From Klebsormidium nitens (taxonomy: Eukaryota > Plantae > Klebsormidiophyceae), in contig DF237087.1 of NCBI GenBank assembly GCA_000708835.1, positions 62,001 to 126,000 of the forward strand: a stretch of 64,000 bases of DNA. The letters run 5' to 3'. A program made the position numbers and the translations under genes. Under the pieces are notes generated by a model that saw only the letters and a program-made list of their open reading frames with translations, made no database searches and was not told the origin of the DNA. Of this stretch, positions 48,979 to 59,871 are shown in pieces; position 1 is the stretch's first letter, and each line of letters begins with the position of its first letter.

Positions 48979-49978
48979 GTGACTATTGGAACTGCACGAG
49001 ATTTTTTGGCGAAGACCATTGGTTGATAGACTCATACCGAATCTTGTTGTCTGGGAAATGAGCCGCGGCATGTATAACAAGATTGTCCAACAATGACTGC
49101 CCGTGATTGCCGAAGCAAGTGCACTAGCTTGTCGGACCTCAGGTCTTGCATGCCGCAGATCCTGAGTCAAATTGGAAGTGCCGGACGAGGGGCCATTATC
49201 GTCGTACATGCCAGATGACGGACGTATGCTCAGTGGCAGGCGCCGCGGGTTAATGCAAGCATGCGAACAGACAAGCTGCATGCGTGAGCATTCAAACGTA
49301 CATTTATGGGACGACGGTGCCATAGGAATCAAAGCGGGCTTGAGAATTCCGCGGGCCAGCAGCCATGACATGCCCGGCCGTGCAAGTCTTCACTTACCGT
49401 CACCATGAACGGTGATCTAGCTTTATATATTGCAATATTACAATTTGCGACCGCATCGACAGCGTCCGACAAGGCGCACCGATGCGGGCCCATGTACAGT
49501 TATTGCATAAAATTTGCCTGCATGATTTGGATGCTTGCTAGAAAAGTGCTAAAGACCGGGTCTCTCATGCAGCCTGAGGCCTTCTCACCATGCATGGCGA
49601 TACAACGTGCCGAAGAAGGCAATCAATTACAAAGCATGCCGGCCATGTTAGCCATCTGCCAAAACTGAAACAAGTCCTCATTTCAACAGCTCAGTACGTA
49701 ATGTCATGCTCGCATAATGTGCCGAATGTGCGATGTGAGCCAAGGTTTTTGCACCAGACTGATCGCTTTTGCTTGTGCAGATTTCGAACCCGGTTATCAC
49801 ATCCGGAAAAGTTGCGAATGCAGATGTCAAACTTATACCGCACTAGCTACGTACTCAACAATTCACTTTATTTTGTTCATGAGTCCTGTCTCCGTCCAAA
49901 GCATCCGCTGAAATTGCACCTCACAACGATGCCTGATCAATCTGCCATTGCACTCATCTGCTTAGACCTACTTCTTGG

Positions 49979-52181
49979 TTAACGCGTTTGTGAACGTATT
50001 GACCATCTCCTGACTTTTGCTTTGATCTTGGGCCCTACCTTGCGCGACCACCCCACAGCGGTCTTTGCAATCCACTCAAGAACGGTCCAGGCGAGGCACG
50101 CGCACAGATACAGGCACAGCGCGCGCAGCGCGGCATCCACTGGCGGCAGAAAGCGAAAGAGGCCGACGGAAAAAATGAGAATCACCATGTCGATCAGGTC
50201 TCGCTCGCCTTGGATTGCCGCGCGGAGGGAGGGCCACCCGGATAATGCCGCGACGAACACCTGGACTGTAATTGGGATGCCCAGCTCAGAATCGAACCCG
50301 AACAGTCTGACCGAAAAGAAAACTGAGGTTAGTTGTGGTCTGTAAACGGTTAAATGAGGTACTCCAGGGAAAGCACCAGGCCAAAGATGACGTCAGCGAT
50401 GCAGATGCCCCAGATCACGCGGTCCGCCGCTCGAAGCGCAACCTCAAACAGGCGTTGTGACCGAATTTCCTGGTTTAGTGGGGTCAGGATTGCGTCCTCG
50501 AGGGCGCCCCCGCTCGGAACCGCAACCGTTTCACCCCGTTCCGCCGCTCCTCTGCGATCCGTTCCGCCCGGAAGTCGTGCCCCGCCCTGGTGCGGCACGA
50601 TTATTATCCTCTTTCCCCGCCGTGACGCGCACAGCACCCTGAGTTTTGCGAAGAGCTGCTGTGCCGCAGCTGCGCTCCGCGCATAAAAGGCCGGCCGCAA
50701 ATGGATGACGAAGCGGGCGTCGGCGTTTCGCTCCAGAAACTGAGCGACGTAATCAAGGTCCGCCGGAGCCAGCGGAAAGTCGAGCGCAAGCGCTTGCAAT
50801 CCCTGGCTAGCCTGCAGCTCTGCGCAGGTCAGAATGGTCCACGCCATGTCATCGTCGCGGGCGAAGTCGTGGCAAAGATGCTGAAAGGTGACGGTTCCGG
50901 CGTCGCCCTTGCCAAGCACAACGGAAAGTGAGCGGACTTCCAAGTAGCTCAGCATGCAGTTGCGAACGACCACGCGGTGAGCGGACGGCGCGCCTCGTAG
51001 AAATTTGCCAAGCTCCTCAAGTAGAGGTTCCTCGAGATGAGTAACGAGGTGCTCGAGGATGACGGTGTAACTGAAAACCTCCGTCGTCGCGCCTCTAGTT
51101 TGCGACCCTCCACCGCCCGTGATTGCTGCTATCTTCGCTCTCTGTTTCACGAGAGAAGAAATCTTCCTCAAGAATCTCTGGTACGCTGCTTCCGAGCCAA
51201 CGGATTGAGGAGCGACTGAAGCAGCGACGCGCTCAAGTTTCGTCTCTCGATCGCCTCAAATGCGCCAAACGGTTCTTGGGCGGGACCCCACGGATTGAAT
51301 GGCGTCAAACAGTTCGGCTTCCAGGGGTACGTACCGGACACGTCCTTGAGATTCAGGAGAAATGCACAATCGAGCGCCAGACTTCGAATCACGTCTAACA
51401 CCGGGTCGTTCGTCAGGAAACCGGGGTCACCTTCCCCGTCCATTCTAACAGTGACTTGGAACGCCGCTGCTGACAGGGCGATCACGCAGGCCGCGACAAA
51501 GTTTGGGGACAACTGGACCGCTCCAGAGACGTTGAGAAGGACCTCTCTCTTGGCTGACCTCTGTCGTTCAGGCCTTTCCGGCGGACTGCTCGTTCCGTTT
51601 CTCACGAAGGCAGAATGGCTGCTGCTCACGTTCCGCAGGAAGTTGCAGACGGAGCGGACAGCCAGCGGAATCCGCTGCAGCTGGTCTTCCACCCAGAGCG
51701 TGCATGTCTCGAGGAAGAACCTCACAGAGATCCAGGACTCAGGCACTGCTGTGTACAGAAACCGCAGGGACATCAGCTGCAAATAGATGGCCTCCCTCCA
51801 GAGCGACGCCCGCGTTTTCCGCTTCAGCTGTTCCACCGCCAGTAACTTGGCCATCCTGTGCTTCGTGAAACCCGCGGTGACGTCACCCAGGCTCTCCGCC
51901 ATTCGCCGTATCTGAGCTGCGCCTTTCTGCATGCGTGGCTCCAGCCTGATCAGCAGAGACAGAAGCTGGTCCTCCGTGCAAGTTTGCGCGTCCACAGCTC
52001 CTAGCTTTATCGCATGCCAAAGCTCCGGATCCCGCAGCGCATCCCTGTGGCTCTTGTCCAAGATCTCCAGGCGCAAGCGCTCCTTCAGGCTGATGTCTTT
52101 GAGTATCAGACGGAGGACATCCGCAGGCAGCGCAGCTAACGCCTGCGCTTGTGCAGATGGACGAAGAACCTGAGCCGCCAT
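49979..52181 (-). CDS. F-box protein with long central region and C-terminal hydrophobic (putative transmembrane) helices
   Basis: N-terminal F-box LAALPADVLRLILKDISLKERLRLEILDKSHRDALRDPELW. Three collinear ORFs can be joined in frame through short GT-AG introns 51184-51126 (59 nt, weak; a frameshift is the alternative) and 50362-50307 (56 nt, with CTAAC branch and pyrimidine tract). The C-terminus has hydrophobic runs such as VIWGICIADVIFGLVLSL, LIDMVILIFSVGLFRFL and ALCLYLCACLAWTVLEW. Confidence 0.65.
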
Positions 52182-53192
52182 GGTGCGCGCGCGGGAGTGT
52201 AGGCGGTGCTAAGCCTTTTGATATCCGACGAACTTGCAGATTATATGAAGCGCTTGCAGCTAACGAGCATTATGGGCGAGTAGGACTCAAGCTGCATGGC
52301 AGCTACGGTAGCTAAGGGCCGAAGGGCACAGCTGATGACGTACAGAAGATGTTACAGAAGTTGGTGGATTTTCAAAATCCAACCACTAATAATTCTCCTT
52401 TATGAAGCGAGACGTTCCGCTGTGCGCGCCTTATGTAGCCATTTTGAAGACGTTCCACATACTTTCAGGGCAGTAACAATGTTGATGCGGAGTATGAGGC
52501 AGTCAAAGGGCCCGCTAATTAGTATTACTGGTGCATGCGCTGCCGGCTTGACGATCGGTGCGGTACAAAAACCTGGTTCCGCAACGCGGACCCCAGCGCC
52601 AGGCGTCGCATATACCTAGTCCGATACCAAGCGGCCGCACCGTACGTGCGACTTGCTCGGCCGGCCGCGGGCGGCGGCGGCTCCTGGCACAACCAGTTGG
52701 CGCGACCTTGCATTCCCACCCAACCCAGCCGGGTACGTCTACCGGGCGGGCCTGGGCCTGGCCCCTCCGGCATACGCTATGAGCCAAAGAGGCTCAGCCC
52801 GTGCCGTTACCAAGCACTCACAGACCGTTCCCATTCAGCACGCCAAAAGAAGACGTCCAGCTTCCTTGCCCATTCAGATGAGCCCTCGCAGTGTGCAAAT
52901 CAGCCGCAATCTTGCTCACTTTCCACAGTTCGCTTTCTTCGGTGGCAATTACTTCAGCGGCTTCCGTGTGCGTTAGGCCTCTTGCAGTAGAATGACAGAG
53001 CCAAAGCAGGCGGCCTTAGAGAAGGTGCAGGGCAGATTGGTGTGGCTCAGGGCTTACAGGTTGGCCGGCAATCAATGTCAACAGGGATTGGTGTTCTGTA
53101 AAGCGTTGTGGGGGCGCTTCCTAGTATCAGTCTCATTATCTCTCTTGGTCTTGTAGGAAGCAAATCAGAGCTGGCCCTTCAACTGTGTCGTC

Positions 53193-56100
53193 ATGGCAAG
53201 AGGCCGCCCTCATGGCCGGTCCAAGTCTGACCACAGAGTTTGTCAGGCAGCCCGACATGCGCTAGCNNNNNNNNNNNNNNNNNNNNNNNNNNNNNNNNNN
53301 NNNNNNNNNNNNNNNNNNNNNNNNNNNNNNNNNNNNNNNNNNNNNNNNNNNNNNNNNNNNNNNNNNNNNNNNNNNNNNNNNNNNNNNNNNNNNNNNNNNN
53401 NNNNNNNNNNNNNNNNNNNNNNNNNNNNNNNNNNNNNNNNNNNNNNNNNNNNNNNNNNNNNNNNNNNNNNNNNNNNNNNNNNNNNNNNNNNNNNNNNNNN
53501 NNNNNNNNNNNNNNNNNNNNNNNNNNNNNNNNNNNNNNNNNNNNNNNNNNNNNNNNNNNNNNNNNNNNNNNNNNNNNNNNNNNNNNNNNNNNNNNNNNNN
53601 NNNNNNNNNNNNNNNNNNNNNNNNNNNNNNNNNNNNNNCTGCAGGAGGCGCGGATTGCGGCGGTTAACGTAGAGTGCAACGTGGAAGATGCCCCTCGTAG
53701 GCAGCGGGGCCAGAAGTCTAAGGATCTACAGACCAAGGCATCAGCTGCTCGGGTGTCAGCACAGGGCCATTCTTCCAAGGCAACTGGCAGTGGGAAAAAG
53801 AAAGTAAACAAGCGATTGGAACATGCGCATGGCAAAGCTGCACAAAGCGGTGAGTTTCTGGTGCATGGCTTCTGGGTTGAATGCTTGGAGTTATGAGGCG
53901 GACGCAAAGCAGAAGCTGGGACGTATTGGTGTGTAAGATAGAAAGGTGAGGGGTGGGTGGCCTTGCAATGTGTACCAAGAAGAGCATGTCTGTTCTTGGT
54001 AATGGAAAGGAACGAAGTTGGTACACACTACTTTCGGTAGCGCGGTCAGAATGGTTTAAGGGTGGCTGGCTCTGCAGTTACTCATAAGATTCTGAGGAGT
54101 CTTAGCGGGCATGTTTGTCCCTGGGACGTACCAGACTTTGCCTCTTTCTCTTTAGGAATAAGAAGCTAATTCTTGGTACATACTGTCATCACAAAGTTCT
54201 AAGCAATCTTAGCGGGAATGGCCGTCCCTGGGATGTACCAGACTTTGCCTCTTTCTCTTTTGAGTATAAGAGGCTGATTCTTGGTACATGCTGGCAATTA
54301 CAAACCTCCAGCCCCACTGCCAGAAGAAAGAGGCATGACTGCAAAAGGCAGGGGCACCCACCAAGTTCTGCATTCATCTCCAAGTTTAGACTCCAGGTTC
54401 AACACCCAACCTCTGCGATTCTTCATTGCAGACTTGCATAGCCTGTACTGCAACGCGTGCGGCGCTCCCGCAGAGTTCGGGCTGCGAGGAAGCAAGGAGG
54501 GGGGAAGCGTCAAGTACTCGTGCAGAGCGCACACCACGTCGAGTGGTTGCTTTCGAGTCGACCGAGACCGCGCAGGTGAGAGCATTCGGGGAGCCTGCTG
54601 TTGACATGGTTTAACTTTCATACAACGTTCATAACTGCTCTCCCATTGGTGAGCAGTGAGCCTTTAGAAAAGACTGTCGAGAGCTTTACATGCTCTGTAT
54701 GCTCCTGCAGCATGGGCAGAGGACCGAGAGATGCGCCGCCTGAGAGCACAGGAGAGGAGGTTGGAAGAAGAGCTGCGGAACCTGGGAGGGCCCTCCTTCA
54801 CTGCAAAACCGCCATATGGTAAGCATGCGGCGCAATATCACCCAATCATTTGTGCTCTTATACAAAGCCGGTGGGCAGTGAGCTCACTGTCATACCTCTG
54901 GTGCATTTTGCATCTTCTGCTGTGCCTTGACCCGTTATTCAATGGTGATGGCAATCAATGGTGATGGCAACTTAACGCTTCACTGTTTACTTCTGCAGCT
55001 TCGGAAAAGTCCCAAAGTGTGGGGCCTCAGGCTTCAATGCCCATGAGCCGGTCGCTCATAGGTAAGGCGCTTCGGTTGCAGTTCTGCAACTGCAGTTCAC
55101 TTGTACGGCTGTTGGGCTCGCTCTGTATTGCAAGCGCTTGTAGCAGTTAAGCTAATCCTACTTTGACGGTTTTTTAGACAGACTTGGTGCTTTTCGCTCG
55201 TGCCGTGATCAGTCCAGCTTTCAGCATCTAGCGTTCCAATATGTTGTTCCTCACGTGCAGCTGCTCTTCTCATGATGGGTGGGATAGAGATCAACCCCGG
55301 CCCTACTGCAGACAAGGTGAGCCTGGACAGTGAGAAGCAGTTCAGGCGGGACCAGCACTGGTTGTACTCGAGCACCCAGTCGGGCCTCCGCTGTGTAAGC
55401 CTTCACCTTGGTAAGCGAGTTTGTTCAGGAAGATGACCTGTGGAGGGCGCCAAATAATTGGAACCAAACACGATTCCTGGTGTCCACTCGTGCAGGAGAT
55501 AGAGATGGAAGTGTGCATCTGGAGGACGCCAGACTTCAATGCGATACCAAAGGGGGAGACAGAGGGGATCCCTACAGACATCAAACTGCTGCCAGACACT
55601 GCTGCTGAAGAAGACCAGCGCCTGCACTTGCTGAACCAGTTTGGGGAAAAGGAGAGAGTCTTTGTGTGGGGTAGGCCCCTGCGCCCTGGGGGTGAGCCTG
55701 TCTTCCGGGAAGTCGAGCGGGCAAAGGCTTTGAAAGCCCCGCCACTGATGGAGCGGCTGACCCAGCGCCCCCAGATCAAAGTTGTCTCAGGTACGCATAT
55801 ATAAAAATAAAGGATTCAAGTCGTGGTGTTGTTGTTCAGCATGTAGCGGCAGGAAAGCTGGGAGAAGATGGCATGGGAAGGGACATGGCTGATTGCCGGG
55901 TAGTATAGTTGCTTCTTTGTCGATCTTGCCGAGGACACTGGTGCATGCTAGGCATGGGGTGTTTCTAGCAGAAGCGGAGTTGCTCTGGAGCAGAAAGCGG
56001 TCTGCTGTGCAATTGTTGGCAGACCAGGTGCAACTCACGAGCATTTAGGTGCTTGTCAGCCGTCACTCTTATGCACTTTTCACTTGCTGGGGTTCTCAAC

Positions 56101-59100
56101 GATCCAACCTCATTTGCTGCCTCAAGCATATATGCTGCGTCACCCTGCTCATGAAGCTCTTTGTTGTTGCAGGGGCTGGTCCATCAGCAGTTGGCGAATC
56201 CAGCAGTGGGGTGCAGGTGCGGGGGGAGCAGGTGGGTGAGTGCACCTCCTCCCAAAGTGCCTTTCTTGCCACCAACCAGTGATTGTGCAAACGTGGAATG
56301 CAAGTGGGCGCTCCCTATGGGCAAGCTGTGGTGAGCCATTGGACTAATATTCCATGGCTGTGGAGGTGGGCCACATGCAGGCCCCAGTTGGAGGGGATTT
56401 GTTCCAATGAAAATTGTGGTCCGAGGGTTTCGTTCTTTGTGTGGCCTGCATGATCTTTGTCATGTCAGCGTGCTCACCTGGTTGCACGTCCAACCCAAAG
56501 CCTGTTTGGCGATAAAGTGCTGTTACCTATCTTTGCTGTCGTAGATTGCGTCTTACCTCAAGAGTTGCTCAGCTTGTTGCCAACACGACTGCAGACGTCA
56601 AGTAGGACAACAACACCTGCATATTCTGCAGACTCGGAGGAAGAAAGTTGCTTGTAATGGTGGCCTTGTCAACCGAAGCTGAGCAGCAGGATGCTTTTCA
56701 CACTCATTTGCGAGACATGCGGTTCATGAAAATCGGTTTCATGGGACAGGTCAGAGGGAGCTGGCTTTCGTTGACCCCTCAATGTCTCTTTTACAGGCCG
56801 GAAGGAGTACATTGGAAGCAGGACGGAGGGCATCAATAACAGAAGCAAGGAAGCCTACTCCTTGAGAACCAAGACTGTAGATGCGGTCATAGATGCAATG
56901 GACGAGCAGGGGGCTATTCTAGTCAGAGCTCCGCCTCAGAGTGGAAAGACTTCGTTGCTTCAGCTGGTTGGGGACAAGCTGACTAATATGCAAAGCAAGG
57001 TCTACTACGTCTCGTTGGGGCAGTACGATCCGGCAGAACAGGACTCGTTCGAGAGAGTGTGGGCTGAGTACAATCCTGGCACCGTCTTCAACAACATCGT
57101 TGTCACTCCGCAAACCTCCCCAGAGTCTAACAACAAGCCGGCCCCCCCACCCCAACCTGTGTACCTCCTTGTAGACGAAGCCCAGAAGGCCTTCCCCACT
57201 CTAGGACTGGCCCTGTTCAAGAAGCTAAAGGACATCCAGAGCGGGAGGTCCAAGAGCGGTTTGCGTATTCTACTAGTCTCGTGCTGGGGCAGCAAGAGGA
57301 TCAAGGCAACGACCGCCGCTGGATCCGCGTTCTCTACCCCGGGCTCTTGGGACAATCAGACTACGATAGGACTTTGGTAAGCCGCTAACTCACGCACCTG
57401 TGATGGTGCTACTTGTAAGAACACGAGAAGTGAGGCGCCTCTTTGTCTCTGGAGCATGTTTAAGCTTCCTCTTTTCCTATCATGTTTCTCATTTGAGCTT
57501 GCAGGACAAGGAGAAGTGGCAAATGAGTTTTACTTCCTCTTAGCCTCGCAGGAGAAGGTGTTGAGCTGTTTGATTGTCTGTGCCGGAACGTCTAAGCACT
57601 TGCTAGTAGCCCACACAAGTGACGATGAAGGACTTTCTCAACACAGACGTCTTTTGATTCTGTCAGGCGAGAGCCGGAGTCGAGCGGGCTGGACATAGCG
57701 CTCCAGTTCACGTTCGACGAAGCACAGGAGTACTGGGCGGGCTGGTTAGCTGCCAATGGTTGGAGCGGGTATGCAGCGGATTCGGAGCGCAACTACCTCT
57801 TTGTCATAACTCAGCGTCAGCCTGGCGCACTCTCGCTCCTCCTGGACCGCATCAAGGACCTGGGCCTCCAACCCTCACGAGCCACTGAAACCGAGTGGCA
57901 TGAGAAAGTGCGGGCTTGGCTGCTGAGCGAGAACCTCATCAAGGCGGTCGCTGACTTGCGCAGTATGAGCATGTAAGTAGCAGTCCAACAAGCAAGAGCC
58001 TGGCTTGCTACACCTACTGCTTGGGTATCCCCCCGAGCGCCTCTTGCGTATCACAAAGTTTCCTTAGCTGTTCACCTGCCAATCATCCACTAAGGAACAT
58101 CGGTTTCTACATTCATTTTGTGTACCATCTGACACCCGCCAATTTGATCGAGTAGCTGAAGGCTCACATTCATTGAGACTCGTCCGGTGTATTCTCGCAG
58201 GTTAGCGGATGCCTTTGATCAAGGCATCACCGGTGCTGTCCCTGGGTCTGCCGATGTTCCAGCAGTTGCTGTGAAGGACCTCGTACGGAAGTTGCTGCAC
58301 GGGGGTGAATTGAAGGTGATTGTGTTGCAACTGACAGGTAGTTTCCACTGTGTGGAATGCGCTTTGATGCATCAGCAGCCAGGATGCGCTTCCTGTGAAG
58401 TTTGCCGCCTGTTTCACAATTCTACGTGTTGGTCGGCCAAGCTTGCAGATCGCTGAAGCCGCAGGATTTCGCAGAGTTTCGACAAAGATAGCATCAATCA
58501 TCGTGATGCTCGTGCACTACTCTCTGCACGAGTGAGAAAGTGGATGCACATATCCAAATGAGGTCGCTTTGTTACCAACTTCCTCGTTATGCCGATCTCA
58601 GAGTAAGTTGACTTGGCCTCTACTTCCATGCAGGTCCACTCCAGTCAGCTCGTTCGGTTTGCAGACGAGTATGATGCTGCATTGACGCTGACAAGATTAG
58701 GGCAGCTGATCCTAGAACAGGAGTTCTTCTATCTGCCCTCCATCCTCCACATGCGGTATATGACCCGCCAGTTATATCTGGGCCGTAACCAGGACGCACA
58801 TGCTATTCTCGAGGCGGGCATTTTTGAGTTCGTCGTGGTAGTGGTGGAGCGGCTTGATCCTGTCCAATTGAGGAAGTCGGAGTCTCGTCATTCTGCCGAG
58901 AGCGCCCTGTATGAGCGACAGTTCCAGAACTCCTTTTATCAGTGAGTATTCCTGGCACTAGTGGTCTTCATGTTTTTGAGATTGTCGCAAGTCGTTTGCA
59001 AGGGCGACCCTTTTGCTGCATCTGAGAAGCAATCAAACCATTGCTTGTTTGCTTGCTTTTCATTAGGGCCTCAGTGCTTCTTGAGAGAAGGTAACGTACC

Positions 59101-59871
59101 TTTCTGCAAGTGCGAGAGTTTGAGAGAGTCCATGCAGATCCAGATTCTCTCTAGCCCTGATGGATCAATGAGTGTCTCATCAAGCATCCTTGCGGTGTTT
59201 GTCGACACGGAGCTCCATGTTTCTGCAGGGCCGCTATGAGCTACCTACCCCACGATGCGATTCTCTCACCTGATGTCGGGTACCTATATGGAGCCGAAGG
59301 CTACCTTGATTTCTTGCTGGGGCACCCGTTTGCATGGGGATTTGAACTTCTACGAGAAGGTGATAGGCGGCGGGAGCACCTGGCAAGGTAAGTGGCGTGC
59401 AGTATGGGCTGTCTGATGCACTTGACTTGGTTTTAAGTATAATTTGTTTCGTTTGACGGTGTCTTTGTCGAAGCTGTCCAGATTTCATCACTGCAATTCG
59501 CCAGAGAAGACTTCTTGCCATGAGAGTCCTACTCATTGAGAACGTCTCTGAAGACACATGTTCTGATCAACACTAGCCTTTTGTTTGAGCCATGTGTGTG
59601 ATTAATCTACAAGTTGCTTGTCTGGATAGTAATTTGAGCTCAAGCGAGTTGTATGGTTCGCAGGTTTGCTTCTGGAGGGAAGTACTTTCCACTCCTCAAT
59701 GCCAACGCCGTTAAGCAATGGGTAGTGTTGGATTTCTGCTGGAAGAGAGGCGCTTTTCCTCCAGAGATCCCACACGGCTTTGTGCACGTTTCATTTTCGG
59801 ACAACTTCACACAAGCTGTTGTAACAGCTAGCGACAAGCAGAAGATCGTTGAGTTGAGAGGCCTTAGATAA
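53193..59871 (+). CDS. Crinkler/RHS-type (CR) effector-like protein: N-terminal header with Zn-binding motif + P-loop NTPase + PD-(D/E)xK-type nuclease, 13 exons
   Basis: Exons 53193-53849 (contains N gap), 54432-54575, 54711-54818, 54999-55061, 55312-55394, 55496-55790, 56173-56235, 56797-57376, 57667-57972, 58201-58315, 58634-58941, 59229-59387, 59664-59871(TAA). All junctions are GT-AG, phases match, and there are no stops outside the gap. Walker A ILVRAPPQSGKTSLL, Walker B YLLVDEAQ. Nuclease-like motifs LYERQFQNSFYQ, LSPDVG, GYLDF, WGFELLREG, EHLARF, WVVLDF. The family assignment is from recalled motif similarity, not a search. Confidence 0.8.
53267..53638. other. Assembly gap (372 N)
   Basis: Run of n characters inside exon 1 of the NTPase-nuclease gene. 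Confidence 0.99.
54100..54294 (+). repeat. Direct repeat, ~107 bp period, in intron 1 of the NTPase-nuclease gene
   Basis: TCTTAGCGGG...GTCCCTGGGAYGTACCAGACTTTGCCTCTTTCTCTTT...TTCTTGGTACATRCTG occurs at about 54100-54187 and 54207-54294. Confidence 0.9.
54940..54971 (+). repeat. Tandem 16-mer x2 (CAATGGTGATGGCAAY)
   Basis: Directly visible in intron 3 of the NTPase-nuclease gene. Confidence 0.9.

Noticed and set aside
51168-51171. 4-nt overlap (TTGA) between consecutive minus-strand ORFs, resembling bacterial translational coupling
   Set aside because: Eukaryotic context and a TTG start. It is better explained by a short intron or a frameshift within one F-box gene.
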